This document shows positions 1 through 9,499 of a stretch of 64,000 bases of DNA, one piece after another; positions within the stretch are counted from its first letter, which is position 1; each line of letters opens with the position of its first letter. A program made the position numbers and the translations under genes. Under the pieces are notes generated by a model that did not search any database, was not told the origin of the DNA, and saw only the letters and a list, made by a program, of their open reading frames with translations. Source of the stretch: Candidatus Woesearchaeota archaeon (GTDB taxonomy: Archaea > Nanobdellota > Nanobdellia > Woesearchaeales > JAHWIC01). The stretch is taken from positions 67,347-131,346 of the forward strand of contig JAHWIC010000001.1 of the NCBI GenBank assembly GCA_019322805.1, read 5' to 3'.

Positions 1-104
1 AGTAATAATTATTGCCTATTTTCTTTTTCCTGACAAACATTAGTCACCACAAATGATTAGAGTAGTCACCACATATTAAAGCTTTTCGCTTATCTGGGTT
101 GCGT

Positions 105-274
105 TGGTTAGCGTACTCAAAATCCTGGCTTCTAAATGTTAATGCTGACATTCCCCGTAAGTCTTGGAAATCCAAGGGATTTCTAAGATCTCAAAAATCT
201 ACGATTTTCGAGAGGACATCCCCCTTGTCAGCTACAAATATATTATAAGGGATTTTGCCTTAAGTACGCTAACC
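105..274. repeat. Perfect 12-bp inverted repeat (GGTTAGCGTACT / AGTACGCTAACC) flanking about 146 bp that contains internal hairpins (CTTGGaaatCCAAG; TCTCAAAAATC-tac-GATTTTCGAGA)
   Basis: Read directly: IR arms at 105-116 and 263-274, with internal palindromes at 153-168 and 189-213. Lies downstream of the rnhB 3' end. Confidence 0.4.
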
Positions 275-295
275 TTCATTTTCAACGCAGATTAT

Positions 296-952
296 CTAGA
301 ATGAGCCAAGCTTCTTTTGCTGGCTCTCTTTTATTATCTTTTTGTACGGCTGCCAGCTTTTTCTGAATATTTCAGGATATTTGCTGTAATTATCCTTAAC
401 AAACTTCTGAGTTGCCGGGTCAGAAGGATAGCCGGATCCTATTGGTTCCTTGATTTTGGATTGTAGTTTTTTTATTTCATTATCCCCGGTTACCTTAGCT
501 ATGATTGAAGCTGCTGCAACAATTGGATAGCGTTCTGCCCTATGCTCAGCGATTAATTCCATTTTCTTATTTTTGATGTATTTTTTCAGATATCTTGCGT
601 ATGCAGGAATATTTGGACTTGGACTATCAACTATGGCTTTATCAGGTTTTAATTCATTAATAATCTCTGCAGATTTTCTTGCTTCCAGCCAATTAAGGTT
701 TAGACCATCATTGCCTTGGACTGCTTTATCAATCTCTTTTGGTTCAATGATGATTATTTTGTATTTCATCAAAACCTTCTCTATCTTTTTCGCTAAAGAC
801 TCTCTTTGTTTGGAGGTTAATAATTTAGAATCTTTAACCTCTATTTTCCTTAATTCCTCTATCCTAATTTCATCAATCAAAGCTCCGCATATAACCAAAG
901 GTCCCACAACAGGACCGCGTCTTGCTTCATCAATGCCGCAGATTAGTGTCAT
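296..952 (-). CDS. rnhB: Ribonuclease HII
   Basis: 218-aa ORF. The N-terminus MTLICGIDEARRGPVVGPLV is typical of the RNase HII catalytic DEDD start, and the length fits archaeal RNase HII. Confidence 0.85.
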   Translation of the reverse strand: MTLICGIDEARRGPVVGPLVICGALIDEIRIEELRKIEVKDSKLLTSKQRESLAKKIEKVLMKYKIIIIEPKEIDKAVQGNDGLNLNWLEARKSAEIINELKPDKAIVDSPSPNIPAYARYLKKYIKNKKMELIAEHRAERYPIVAAASIIAKVTGDNEIKKLQSKIKEPIGSGYPSDPATQKFVKDNYSKYPEIFRKSWQPYKKIIKESQQKKLGSF

Positions 953-1004
953 AAATAGTTCTTTTAGGAATGTGCTTATTAATTTTTTTGTTTTTCATAT
1001 CAAA

Positions 1005-1016
1005 AACTTTATATAA
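1005..1016 (+). promoter_or_regulatory. Archaeal TATA-like box (CTTTATATAA) about 22 bp upstream of the ATG at 1038
   Basis: AT-rich TATA consensus at the spacing expected for a leaderless or short-leader archaeal promoter. Confidence 0.3.
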
Positions 1017-1037
1017 CCAATAAGCAAAAGAACTTCT

Positions 1038-2114
1038 ATGAAAAAGAAGGTGAATAAACACAAGAAGGTTGTCGAACACTCTAAAGGGATAAAGAAACTT
1101 TCTAAGAATATTGCTAAAAAACATCCCAAGAAGCACCTAAAAAAACGCTCCCACAAACACCATTCAATCTACCGTCTAAGAAAGATTACAAAGGATATAA
1201 GAAGGAGGCAGCCTAAGAAGGTCCAGCGAAAAAGAATAACAACCCCGAAAAAGGTTATTGAAAAACCAGAAAAAGATTATGATAAAGGACCAGAAACACC
1301 GGTATATCGCCATGAATATGTGAAAGAGTTTATTGAAAGGAGTACAAATGCTTATTATGGCGGCTTGTTCTCAAAAACCTATGACTTAGTCAGGGAGAAA
1401 CCAAAGATATTCTATAAAACCCTTGGTCTAGACTTATTGCTTTTGCTAATCCTTGTTTTAATATTTAGAGGAAGTATGAGATTTTTTCCAAAGGGCATTG
1501 TCTTATTTGATGTTTTTGGCAGTCTTTATGTTTTTGCAACGGCAATATTCTTCTTCTTATTTGGAATCTTGATTTACTCGCTAGAGAAGTGTAAAGTATT
1601 ACTAATCGTAGGGTCTATGCTTGAAGGCATCAAATTAAATCTTGAAAGGTTTGATAAGTTCTTTGTCCTTAACTGCATAACTATGGGGGTGTGGTTTTTA
1701 ATCTTTTTTATCATGTACGCCATTGCGTACATTGTTGAACCGCTAATGAAAGGGGTAATCTGGATAGTTTTTGCATTAATTTCTGTATTTATTTACTCTT
1801 TCATTAACATCAGCCATTGGTTATTTGCTCATGAACCAAAGTTCAGAAAAACAGTGAAGAGGGCCTTGATTATCTTGACAGATGGATTTGAGAAGTATGT
1901 TGGAATCTCCAGTTTGATGTTTAGTGTTGCAATAGTTTATTCATTGATTGCTTTTGGTATAGGATGGATACTTAAGCTGGCTGAGGGAAATATTGAGATT
2001 CATAAGAAGATTGCAGTAGTTATTGGAATAATAATTCTTTATGCAACCCTGGCATATAATAGGCTATGTTTTTATTTTGTTGTTAAAAAACTTAAGAATG
2101 AAATCAAAGATTGA
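1038..2114 (+). CDS. Hypothetical membrane protein with a highly basic Lys/Arg/His-rich N-terminal region
   Basis: 358-aa ORF. The N-terminus is about 120 aa rich in K/R/H, followed by multiple hydrophobic helices. No family recognised. Confidence 0.55.
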   Translation: MKKKVNKHKKVVEHSKGIKKLSKNIAKKHPKKHLKKRSHKHHSIYRLRKITKDIRRRQPKKVQRKRITTPKKVIEKPEKDYDKGPETPVYRHEYVKEFIERSTNAYYGGLFSKTYDLVREKPKIFYKTLGLDLLLLLILVLIFRGSMRFFPKGIVLFDVFGSLYVFATAIFFFLFGILIYSLEKCKVLLIVGSMLEGIKLNLERFDKFFVLNCITMGVWFLIFFIMYAIAYIVEPLMKGVIWIVFALISVFIYSFINISHWLFAHEPKFRKTVKRALIILTDGFEKYVGISSLMFSVAIVYSLIAFGIGWILKLAEGNIEIHKKIAVVIGIIILYATLAYNRLCFYFVVKKLKNEIKD

Positions 2115-3267
2115 TCCTATATGCGGAATGAAAGGTGCTATAAAGGCCCATGGCCATTATTTCTGCAGCGAGAACTGCATTAGGAAATATGAAGAAAAGT
2201 TTGAGATAAAGAAGCCATATTGTCCGACTTGCATGATAAAACAAAAAAAGTGGTACAAGGAAAGATTATTTATTGTGGCTGTAATTGCTACTTTATTGGT
2301 AACAGTCAGTTATCTTGTTCCTGCTTTAAACAACCTATACAATGCTTTCATTGATTATATAAAATTAATCTGGTGGGCAATACTCCTTGGATTGTTCTTA
2401 GGAGGAATTATTGATTATCTGGTTCCCTCAACATATATTGAGAAATATTTAGCAAGGCATAGAAAAAGAACTATCTTTTTTGCAGTGGTATTTGGCTTCT
2501 TGATGTCTGCTTGTTCTCATGGTATTCTGGCTATTGCAATGGAACTTTATAAAAAAGGTGCAAATACTTCTTCTGTAATTGCTTTTTTGTTAGCAAGTCC
2601 TTGGGCTAATCTGCCGATTACAATCCTCCTTTTTGGATTTTTTGGTGTTAAGGCTTTATTCCTGGTTGTTTTTGCTATAATAATAGCGATAATAACCGGG
2701 CTTATTTATCAGGTATTGGAAAGGAGGAAACTTGTTGAATGTGATAAATGCTCTGTAAAAGGTCATGATGCCAAATTAGAGGCTAAACTGAAAAATTTCT
2801 CTGTGTGGAAAGATATTAAAAAGAGATTCAAAAATTACAGGTTGAATTATGAAAATATCAAAGATACAGTAAAGGGAGTTGTATCTGGTTCCTGGTCTTT
2901 ATCAAAGATGGTGTTGTGGTGGATTCTGATAGGAATGACGCTTGCAAGCATTGCAAGAGCGTTTGTTCCTCACACATTTTTTATGCGCTTTATGGGCCCT
3001 ACTGTTTTAGGGCTTGTGGTTACTCTTATTCTCGCAACAATAATAGAGGTGTGCTCAGAAGGCTCTGCGCCACTTGCTTTTGAGATCTTTAAGCAGACAG
3101 CTGCTTTTGGGAACAGCTTTGTGTTTTTGATGGCTGGTGTTGCTACTGATTATACTGAAATTGGCCTTATCTGGACGAATATCGGCAAGAAAGCTGCCTT
3201 ATGGCTACCACTTATTACAGTCCCTCAGATAGTATTACTCGGATATCTGTTCAATCTTCTTCTATAA
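2098..3267 (+). CDS. Permease (DUF318/YraQ-like) with an N-terminal Cys/His metal-binding motif
   Basis: About 390 aa, multi-TM. The N-terminus PICGMKGAIKAHGHYFCSENC resembles YHS/TRASH-type metal-binding motifs. The start was moved to the ATG at 2098, which overlaps the upstream stop by 17 nt. Confidence 0.65.
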   Translation: MKSKIDPICGMKGAIKAHGHYFCSENCIRKYEEKFEIKKPYCPTCMIKQKKWYKERLFIVAVIATLLVTVSYLVPALNNLYNAFIDYIKLIWWAILLGLFLGGIIDYLVPSTYIEKYLARHRKRTIFFAVVFGFLMSACSHGILAIAMELYKKGANTSSVIAFLLASPWANLPITILLFGFFGVKALFLVVFAIIIAIITGLIYQVLERRKLVECDKCSVKGHDAKLEAKLKNFSVWKDIKKRFKNYRLNYENIKDTVKGVVSGSWSLSKMVLWWILIGMTLASIARAFVPHTFFMRFMGPTVLGLVVTLILATIIEVCSEGSAPLAFEIFKQTAAFGNSFVFLMAGVATDYTEIGLIWTNIGKKAALWLPLITVPQIVLLGYLFNLLL

Positions 3268-3320
3268 AGAAAACTTTAAAAACGCTATAGAAATCTCAAA
3301 CTCATCAAGGAGGTGTTAAA

Positions 3321-3472
3321 ATGAAAGTAAGTCTATGCGGCGGAGATAAATGCTGCCCTGCTGTTGAGGTAGGAAGAGATTCTGTAAAAATAGGAGAGAG
3401 GGGAAATATGTGCGTATTAAAGAAAAAAGAGTGGGATACTCTAAAGGAAAAGGTAATAAAAGGGGAGATTTA
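3321..3472 (+). CDS. Small Cys-rich protein (50 aa; MKVSLCGGDKCCPAVEV...), missing from the ORF track because it is under 60 aa
   Basis: An RBS-like AGGAGGTG sits 7 nt upstream. The ORF ends 2 nt before the glutaredoxin-like gene and contains four Cys in 9 residues. Confidence 0.4.
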
Positions 3473-3474
3473 AA

Positions 3475-3711
3475 ATGCCAACTGTAAAAGTGTACAGCAC
3501 TCCCGCCTGTCCATGGTGCCATAAAGCAAAGGATTTCTTAAAGCAGAATAAGATTGATTTTGAGGATTTTGATGTTTCTGCAAACGAAGGTGCAAGAAAA
3601 GAGATGATGGATAAATCAGGACAAATGGGTGTTCCTGTGATTGATATTGAAGGCAAAATCATTGTTGGGTTTGACCAGGAAGCTATAAAGAAAGCACTTA
3701 AATTAAAATGA
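3475..3711 (+). CDS. Glutaredoxin-like small redox protein (CPWC active site)
   Basis: 78 aa. MPTVKVYSTPACPWCHKAKDFL has the thioredoxin/glutaredoxin-fold CxxC motif. Confidence 0.75.
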   Translation: MPTVKVYSTPACPWCHKAKDFLKQNKIDFEDFDVSANEGARKEMMDKSGQMGVPVIDIEGKIIVGFDQEAIKKALKLK

Positions 3712-4556
3712 GTAAACTGGCAGGCGAGTTAGTTGAATTAATAAAACAAACATCAACAAGCTTGCCATCTGATGTTACTAAGTCTATAAGGTCTGCTAAA
3801 AATAAAGAGAAAAAGGGTTCTATTCCATCCTACATTCTGGACACGATTATAAAGAATATCAACCTGGCAAAGAAAGAATCGTTGCCAATATGCCAGGATA
3901 CTGGAACCCTTAATTTTTATGTTTATTACAACAAAAAGCATGACCAAAAGAAGATAAGGGATTCAATAATAAAAGCAGTTAAGCTCGCAACAAAAAAATA
4001 TTACCTAAGGCCAAATGCTGTTAATTCAATAACTAGCCATAATTCAGGCAATAATATTGGAATAAATATGCCTTCTATCAAGTTTGATGAATGGGATAAG
4101 AGCTATTTAAGGATTGATTTAATGCTTAAGGGTGGTGGTTCTGAGAATGTAAGCGCACAATACAAGCTGCCTGACACCAGGCTAAAAGCAAGCCGCGACT
4201 TTGATGGAATTAAGAAATGTGTTGTCGATGCTGTAAAAAGTGCTGGTGGAAAAGGTTGTGCTCCTGGTATAATAGGTATCTGCATTGGTGGTGACAGGGC
4301 TTATGGTTACGAGCATGCTAAGAAACAGTTATTTAGAAAACTGAATGATAAAAACAAGAATCCTAAACTGGCAAAGCTGGAAAAAGAACTCAGTAATGGA
4401 TTAAACAAACTAAATATTGGTCCTATGGGTCTTGGTGGAAAAACAACTGTATTAGGTGTAAAGATAGGCTCTTTGCATAGACATCCTGCTTGCTTTTTTG
4501 TTTCAATCGCTTATATGTGCTGGGCTTGTAGAAGGAGAAGTTTAATAATTAAGTAA
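3708..4556 (+). CDS. Fe-S hydro-lyase (class I fumarate hydratase / L(+)-tartrate dehydratase) alpha subunit
   Basis: 282 aa. The ICQDTGT motif and overall length are typical of FumA/TtdA alpha subunits. Confidence 0.8.
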   Translation: MSKLAGELVELIKQTSTSLPSDVTKSIRSAKNKEKKGSIPSYILDTIIKNINLAKKESLPICQDTGTLNFYVYYNKKHDQKKIRDSIIKAVKLATKKYYLRPNAVNSITSHNSGNNIGINMPSIKFDEWDKSYLRIDLMLKGGGSENVSAQYKLPDTRLKASRDFDGIKKCVVDAVKSAGGKGCAPGIIGICIGGDRAYGYEHAKKQLFRKLNDKNKNPKLAKLEKELSNGLNKLNIGPMGLGGKTTVLGVKIGSLHRHPACFFVSIAYMCWACRRRSLIIK

Positions 4557-4566
4557 TACATACAAT

Positions 4567-5115
4567 GTGTGTATCACAAAAATGGCAGTAAAACTAACAT
4601 TTCCAATCGAAAAAGAAGAAATAAGAAAGTTAAAGGTAGGAGACATAGTTTCCTTATCAGGAATAATTTATACTGCAAGAGATGCTGCACATAAGTATTT
4701 CTTTGAGAAAAAGCCAAAAGAATTCGTCAATAAATTAGCTGATTCTGCTATATACCATTGCGGACCGATTGTAAAGAAGAAAGGTAAGAAATATTCAATA
4801 GTTTCAGCAGGACCAACAACATCTATAAGAGAAGAGCCATACGAATGGAAGATAATAAGGGCTTACAAAGTCAGAGCAATCATTGGAAAAGGAGGTATGG
4901 GTATGAAAACGCAAGAAGCTTGTAAGAAATATGGCTGTATTTATCTTTCTGCAGTCGGTGGTGCAGCTGCTCTTTTGGCAAAAACAATAAAAAATGTAAT
5001 GAATGTTTACAAACTTGAATTTGGTATGCCAGAAGCTATATGGGAGTTGGATGTTAAGGATTTCCCTGCTATAGTTACAATGGACAGTAAAGGAAGGAGC
5101 TTACATAAAGAATGA
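4567..5115 (+). CDS. Fe-S hydro-lyase (class I fumarate hydratase / tartrate dehydratase) beta subunit
   Basis: About 180 aa, immediately downstream of the alpha subunit. GKGGMG...[11 protein letters not shown] is typical of the beta subunit. Confidence 0.75.
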   Translation: MCITKMAVKLTFPIEKEEIRKLKVGDIVSLSGIIYTARDAAHKYFFEKKPKEFVNKLADSAIYHCGPIVKKKGKKYSIVSAGPTTSIREEPYEWKIIRAYKVRAIIGKGGMGMKTQEACKKYGCIYLSAVGGAAALLAKTIKNVMNVYKLEFGMPEAIWELDVKDFPAIVTMDSKGRSLHKE

Positions 5116-6041
5116 AAAGAAAAAAGATAACTATTGTAGGTTCAGGAAATGTAGGGGCAACTGTTGCTCATTTGACTGCTTTGAAATGTCTTGGTAATGT
5201 TGTCTTAGTTGATATTATAGAAGGAGTACCTCAAGGAAAGGCTCTTGACATGTATGAGTCAAGCCCTATTGAGGGTTTTGATGGAGATGTAATTGGAACA
5301 AACAATTATGAAGACACAAAAGGCTCTGACATTGTTGTTATCACAGCAGGCATAGCGAGAAAACCTGGAATGAGCCGCGATGATTTATTGAAAACAAACA
5401 CAAAGATCATGAAGTCTGTTACTGAACAAGCAGCAAAATATTCTCCAAACGCTATACTCATCGTTGTCACAAATCCATTAGATGCTATGGTCTGGGTTGC
5501 TGCAGAGGTGAGCAAATTTCCTAAAAATAGGATAATAGGAATGGCTGGTGTCTTAGACTCAGCAAGGTTTAGGAGTTTTATTGCAAGAGAGATTAAGGTT
5601 TCTCCAAAAAAGGTAGAAGCTCTTGTCCTTGGTGGCCACGGTGATTCAATGGTCCCTCTGCCAGAATACTCGACTGTAGATGGAAGACCAATAACGGAAT
5701 TAATGAGCAAGGAAAAGGTAGAAGCGCTTGTTGAGCGTACAAGAAATGGCGGCGCAGAAATAGTTAGCTTGTTAAAGACAGGAAGTGCTTATTACGCCCC
5801 TGCTTCAGCTGTTGTTGAGATGATTGAAGCAATCCTAAAAGATAAAAAGAAGATTCTGCCATGCGCTGCATGGCTTGATGGCCATTATGATGTAAAAGGT
5901 TATTTCCTAGGTGTTCCTGTTAAACTAGGAAAGGATGGTGTTGAGGAAATAGTTGAACTTAACCTTGATAACCAAGAAAAGGAAGCATTTAAAAAGACAG
6001 TTAACCATGTAAAGGAACTGGTATCCAAGATAGAACTGTAA
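5112..6041 (+). CDS. mdh: Malate dehydrogenase (LDH/MDH family)
   Basis: 309 aa. The N-terminal [15 protein letters not shown] Rossmann motif and the LDH/MDH substrate-loop region are present. Confidence 0.85.
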   Translation: MKRKKITIVGSGNVGATVAHLTALKCLGNVVLVDIIEGVPQGKALDMYESSPIEGFDGDVIGTNNYEDTKGSDIVVITAGIARKPGMSRDDLLKTNTKIMKSVTEQAAKYSPNAILIVVTNPLDAMVWVAAEVSKFPKNRIIGMAGVLDSARFRSFIAREIKVSPKKVEALVLGGHGDSMVPLPEYSTVDGRPITELMSKEKVEALVERTRNGGAEIVSLLKTGSAYYAPASAVVEMIEAILKDKKKILPCAAWLDGHYDVKGYFLGVPVKLGKDGVEEIVELNLDNQEKEAFKKTVNHVKELVSKIEL

Positions 6042-6054
6042 AAAAGAGGTTGAG

Positions 6055-7302
6055 ATGGTTGAAACAGATTCTTTTAAGATGATACAGTCTTACGTGGAGA
6101 AAGCTGTAAAAATACTAAAACTAAACGGAAAGGTTCTTTCAATTCTAAGCAAACCTATGCTTGAAAAACACGTCTCAATACCTGTAAGGATGGATGATGG
6201 CAAAACAAAGGTTTTCAAAGGCTTTAGAGTCCAGTATAATAATGCGCATGGTCCAACTAAAGGTGGAATAAGATTTCATCCCAACGAAACAATAGACTCT
6301 ATGAGGGCATTAGCAGCCTGGATGACATGGAAATGTGCTGTTGTTGATATTCCTTTTGGTGGCTCAAAGGGCGGTGTAATTTGCAATCCAAAGAAACTTT
6401 CAAAAGGCGAATTGGAGAGATTAAGCAGAGGATATATAAGGGCAATTGCAGGATTCATAGGTCCCAAGATAGATATACCTGCTCCTGATGTTTACACAAA
6501 CCAGCAGATAATGGCATGGATGTATGATGAATACAGCAAAATAGTCGGCTATAATGAGCCAGCTGCCATAACAGGCAAGCCAATTGACCTTGGCGGCTCT
6601 TTAGGAAGAGAAGATGCTACCGCAAGAGGTGGTTTAATTGTTTTGGAAGAAGCTGCAAAACACCTTGATATTAATTTAGGCAATGCTAGTGTTGCTATCC
6701 ATGGTTTTGGGAATGTTGGTTATAATACTGCTGTTTTATTTAGGAGATTATTTGGAGGAAATATCTGCGCAGTATCTGACTCAAGAGGAGGTATTTTTAA
6801 TAAAAAGGGCTTAGATCCAGAAGCTGTTTTAAGGCATAAGCAAAGAACAAGCTCTGTTGTTGGCTTTCCAGGAGCTAAAAAAATAAGTAATGAGGCTCTG
6901 CTGACCTCAGATGTTGATGTGCTTATTCCAGCTGCAATAGAAAATGTAGTAACAAGAAAAAACGCAAAAAATATCAAAGCAAGCATTATAACAGAGCTTG
7001 CAAATGGGCCTACAACACCAGAAGCTGATAAGGTCCTTCACAAAAAGGATGTTTTTATTATACCTGACTTTTTATCTAATGCAGGCGGGGTGACTGTTTC
7101 TTATTTTGAATGGATTCAAGGCCTTACAAGAGAAAGATGGACAGAAGAAAAGGTACATATAGAATTACAAAAAAGGATGAAGGATGCTTTTAATGATGTC
7201 CTTAAAGCCTCACTAAAATATAAGGTTGATATGAGAACAGCTGCTTATATTGTTGCTATAGGGCATATTGCAGAAGTAATGAAGCTAAGAGGATGGTACT
7301 AA
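6055..7302 (+). CDS. gdhA: Glutamate dehydrogenase
   Basis: 415 aa. Conserved GDH motifs are present: GPTKGGIRFHP, DIPFGGSKGG and GFGNVG. Confidence 0.85.
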   Translation: MVETDSFKMIQSYVEKAVKILKLNGKVLSILSKPMLEKHVSIPVRMDDGKTKVFKGFRVQYNNAHGPTKGGIRFHPNETIDSMRALAAWMTWKCAVVDIPFGGSKGGVICNPKKLSKGELERLSRGYIRAIAGFIGPKIDIPAPDVYTNQQIMAWMYDEYSKIVGYNEPAAITGKPIDLGGSLGREDATARGGLIVLEEAAKHLDINLGNASVAIHGFGNVGYNTAVLFRRLFGGNICAVSDSRGGIFNKKGLDPEAVLRHKQRTSSVVGFPGAKKISNEALLTSDVDVLIPAAIENVVTRKNAKNIKASIITELANGPTTPEADKVLHKKDVFIIPDFLSNAGGVTVSYFEWIQGLTRERWTEEKVHIELQKRMKDAFNDVLKASLKYKVDMRTAAYIVAIGHIAEVMKLRGWY

Positions 7303-7871
7303 TACCTGGATTTCTTTTTTATCATATCTATAAAATATTGGTGCACCCTAGCATCTTCAGTGAGCTCGGGATGGAAGGTCGTGACCAAGATATCATCATG
7401 CTGCACCATCACTGGTTTTCCATCAAACCTTGCCAAGATTTTTACTCCGTTTGTTATTTCTAAGGTTGGAGCCCTGATGAATATTCCTTTGTAGTTTCCT
7501 ATCCCCTCTATTTCCAAGTCAGTCTCAAAACTATCTATTTGTCTGCCATAGTCATTTCTTTTTGCTGTGATATCTATCAACCTCAAACTTGACTGGTTGT
7601 TTGGCAGGATTGTTTTTGCAAGAACTATTGCACCAGCACAGGAGCCATAGATAGGCATTCCAATATGGTATTTCCTTGTTATCTCCTTATCAAGCTTGTA
7701 TTGCTTCATTAATTTACTTATAGTTGTTGATTCACCGCCGGGTATTATTAAACCATAAACATTATCAAGGTCATGGGGAAGCCTGACTTCAACAGGCTCA
7801 GCACCACATTTCATTAGCATCTCTTTGTGCTCTTTTACAGAACCTTGTAGCGCTAATACTCCTATCTTCAT
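7299..7871 (-). CDS. pdxT: Pyridoxal 5'-phosphate synthase glutaminase subunit PdxT
   Basis: MKIGVLALQGSVKEH is the class I glutamine amidotransferase PdxT start. The start was trimmed from the ORF-track start so it does not overlap pdxS. Confidence 0.85.
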   Translation of the reverse strand: MKIGVLALQGSVKEHKEMLMKCGAEPVEVRLPHDLDNVYGLIIPGGESTTISKLMKQYKLDKEITRKYHIGMPIYGSCAGAIVLAKTILPNNQSSLRLIDITAKRNDYGRQIDSFETDLEIEGIGNYKGIFIRAPTLEITNGVKILARFDGKPVMVQHDDILVTTFHPELTEDARVHQYFIDMIKKKSRY

Positions 7872-7878
7872 TTTAGAA

Positions 7879-8775
7879 TTACCAGCCCCTATCCTGCATC
7901 TTAACATTAAGATTTGATATTTCAAGACCTTTCATTGCTTCTCCAATTCCTTCAGAAACCCGGGCAATAATTGATGGGTCCTTGTAATGTGTTGTTGCTT
8001 CAACAATTGCTTTTGCTCTTTCCTTTGGATTGTTTGACTTAAATATACCTGAACCTACAAATATTCCGTCACAGCCAAGGTGCATCATTAGGGCTGCGTC
8101 AGCTGGTGTTGCAATTCCGCCAGCAGCAAAATTAACAACAGGAAGTCTTTGCAGCTCTCTTGTCTTGTGTACTAATTCAAGAGGAACTCCCATTTCCTTT
8201 GCCTGCGCTTTTAATTGGCTGTTTGAGATGTCTTTTAGTTTTCTTATTTGCTCGTTTAATGTTTTCATATGCTTTACTGCCTCTACAACATTCCCGGTTC
8301 CTGCTTCTCCTTTTGTTCTAATCATTGCTGCACCTTCATTGATTCTTCTTAAGGCTTCACCTAAGTCTCTGCAGCCGCATACAAATGGAACCTCGAACTT
8401 ATGCTTATCAACATGACATTTTTCATCAGCTGGCGTCAAGACCTCTGATTCATCAATATAATCAACACCTAATGATTCTAAGACTTGAGCTTCTGCAAAA
8501 TGGCCAATCCTGCACTTAGCCATAACTGGAATAGAAACAGCATTCATTATTTCCTTAATTTTCTTTGGATCAGCCATTCTAGCTACACCACCAGCTGCTC
8601 TGATGTCAGCAGGAACCCTTTCCAAAGCCATAACTGCAACAGCACCTGCTTTTTCAGCTATTCTGGCTTGTTCTGCATTAACAACATCCATAATAACCCC
8701 GCCTTTTAGCATGTCAGCTAGGCCTGTTTTTAGTTTATATGTTCCTTTCTGCACTTTATTGTTTTCAGTCGGCAT
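7879..8775 (-). CDS. pdxS: Pyridoxal 5'-phosphate synthase lyase subunit PdxS
   Basis: 298 aa. The (beta/alpha)8 PdxS signature ([18 protein letters not shown]) and the pdxS-pdxT arrangement are present. Confidence 0.9.
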   Translation of the reverse strand: MPTENNKVQKGTYKLKTGLADMLKGGVIMDVVNAEQARIAEKAGAVAVMALERVPADIRAAGGVARMADPKKIKEIMNAVSIPVMAKCRIGHFAEAQVLESLGVDYIDESEVLTPADEKCHVDKHKFEVPFVCGCRDLGEALRRINEGAAMIRTKGEAGTGNVVEAVKHMKTLNEQIRKLKDISNSQLKAQAKEMGVPLELVHKTRELQRLPVVNFAAGGIATPADAALMMHLGCDGIFVGSGIFKSNNPKERAKAIVEATTHYKDPSIIARVSEGIGEAMKGLEISNLNVKMQDRGW

Positions 8776-8818
8776 TTCTGGTTTTGAAAAAAAGGTTTCA
8801 AATATAAATGTTTGCTTT

Positions 8819-9499
8819 TTACTTCTTTTTGCATATAAACATACAGTGGTCTTTCTGGTATGGCTCTAACTCCCTATAATCAATAATGGTAACTTCCTCC
8901 TCCAGCTGTTCCTTAACCTGCCTGAAAATCTGCTTCGGTTTTTTAGTTACATCAATGCTTCTTGCTTTTACTGCAAGTAATGCATAACCGCCTTTTTTTA
9001 GAAATAAATCAATATTCTTCAGGAAAATGTCAACCTGATTTTTTTGTGCAACATCCTGATATAAAACATCAGCTTGGCATACCTTATCTGCATAACTCAT
9101 TGGGTTGTTTGCGTCAGCTAAGACTGGTGCTATGTTTTTTCTAGCTTCGCAGACAAAGACTAGCTCGCGCATGACTCTTGGTGCTAAGTCCAAGGCAAAG
9201 ATGAATCCTTCCCTACCAACAATATCAGAAACATGGCTTACTGTTGTTCCTGTTGATGAGCCCAGGTAGAGTATTACATCACCAACTCTTATTCCTGTAT
9301 TAGGAGTTCCTTTTAAGATGCTTGCGGCTAACTTTGATTTCTGAGGGTTCCATTCGCGATATTCAACTCCTTCATCTTTGAAGGTTTTCTCGTCGTAAAC
9401 AGTTTTGCCGGGGGTTAGATTCTTAGTTAGCAAAATACTTCTTCTCTTTCCCATTTTTGTTTCATAGACCTCAAAGATTTTTGATTTGTTGACTTTCAT
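8819..9499 (-). CDS. flpA: Fibrillarin-like rRNA/tRNA 2'-O-methyltransferase
   Basis: 226 aa. The SAM-methyltransferase motif [14 protein letters not shown] is present, and the gene is downstream of nop5 in the canonical archaeal operon. Confidence 0.85.
   Translation of the reverse strand: MKVNKSKIFEVYETKMGKRRSILLTKNLTPGKTVYDEKTFKDEGVEYREWNPQKSKLAASILKGTPNTGIRVGDVILYLGSSTGTTVSHVSDIVGREGFIFALDLAPRVMRELVFVCEARKNIAPVLADANNPMSYADKVCQADVLYQDVAQKNQVDIFLKNIDLFLKKGGYALLAVKARSIDVTKKPKQIFRQVKEQLEEEVTIIDYRELEPYQKDHCMFICKKK

Noticed and set aside
573-1016. Antisense or overlapping ORFs from the six-frame track lying inside well-supported genes, such as 573-1016, 5306-5710, 8030-8416, 14169-14660, 17772-18287, 23119-23580, 34503-34934 and 53578-54150
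   Set aside because: Each is fully embedded in a longer ORF on the opposite strand or in another frame that has clear conserved-family signatures. Their translations are low-complexity or hydrophobic, which is typical of chance ORFs in AT-rich DNA.
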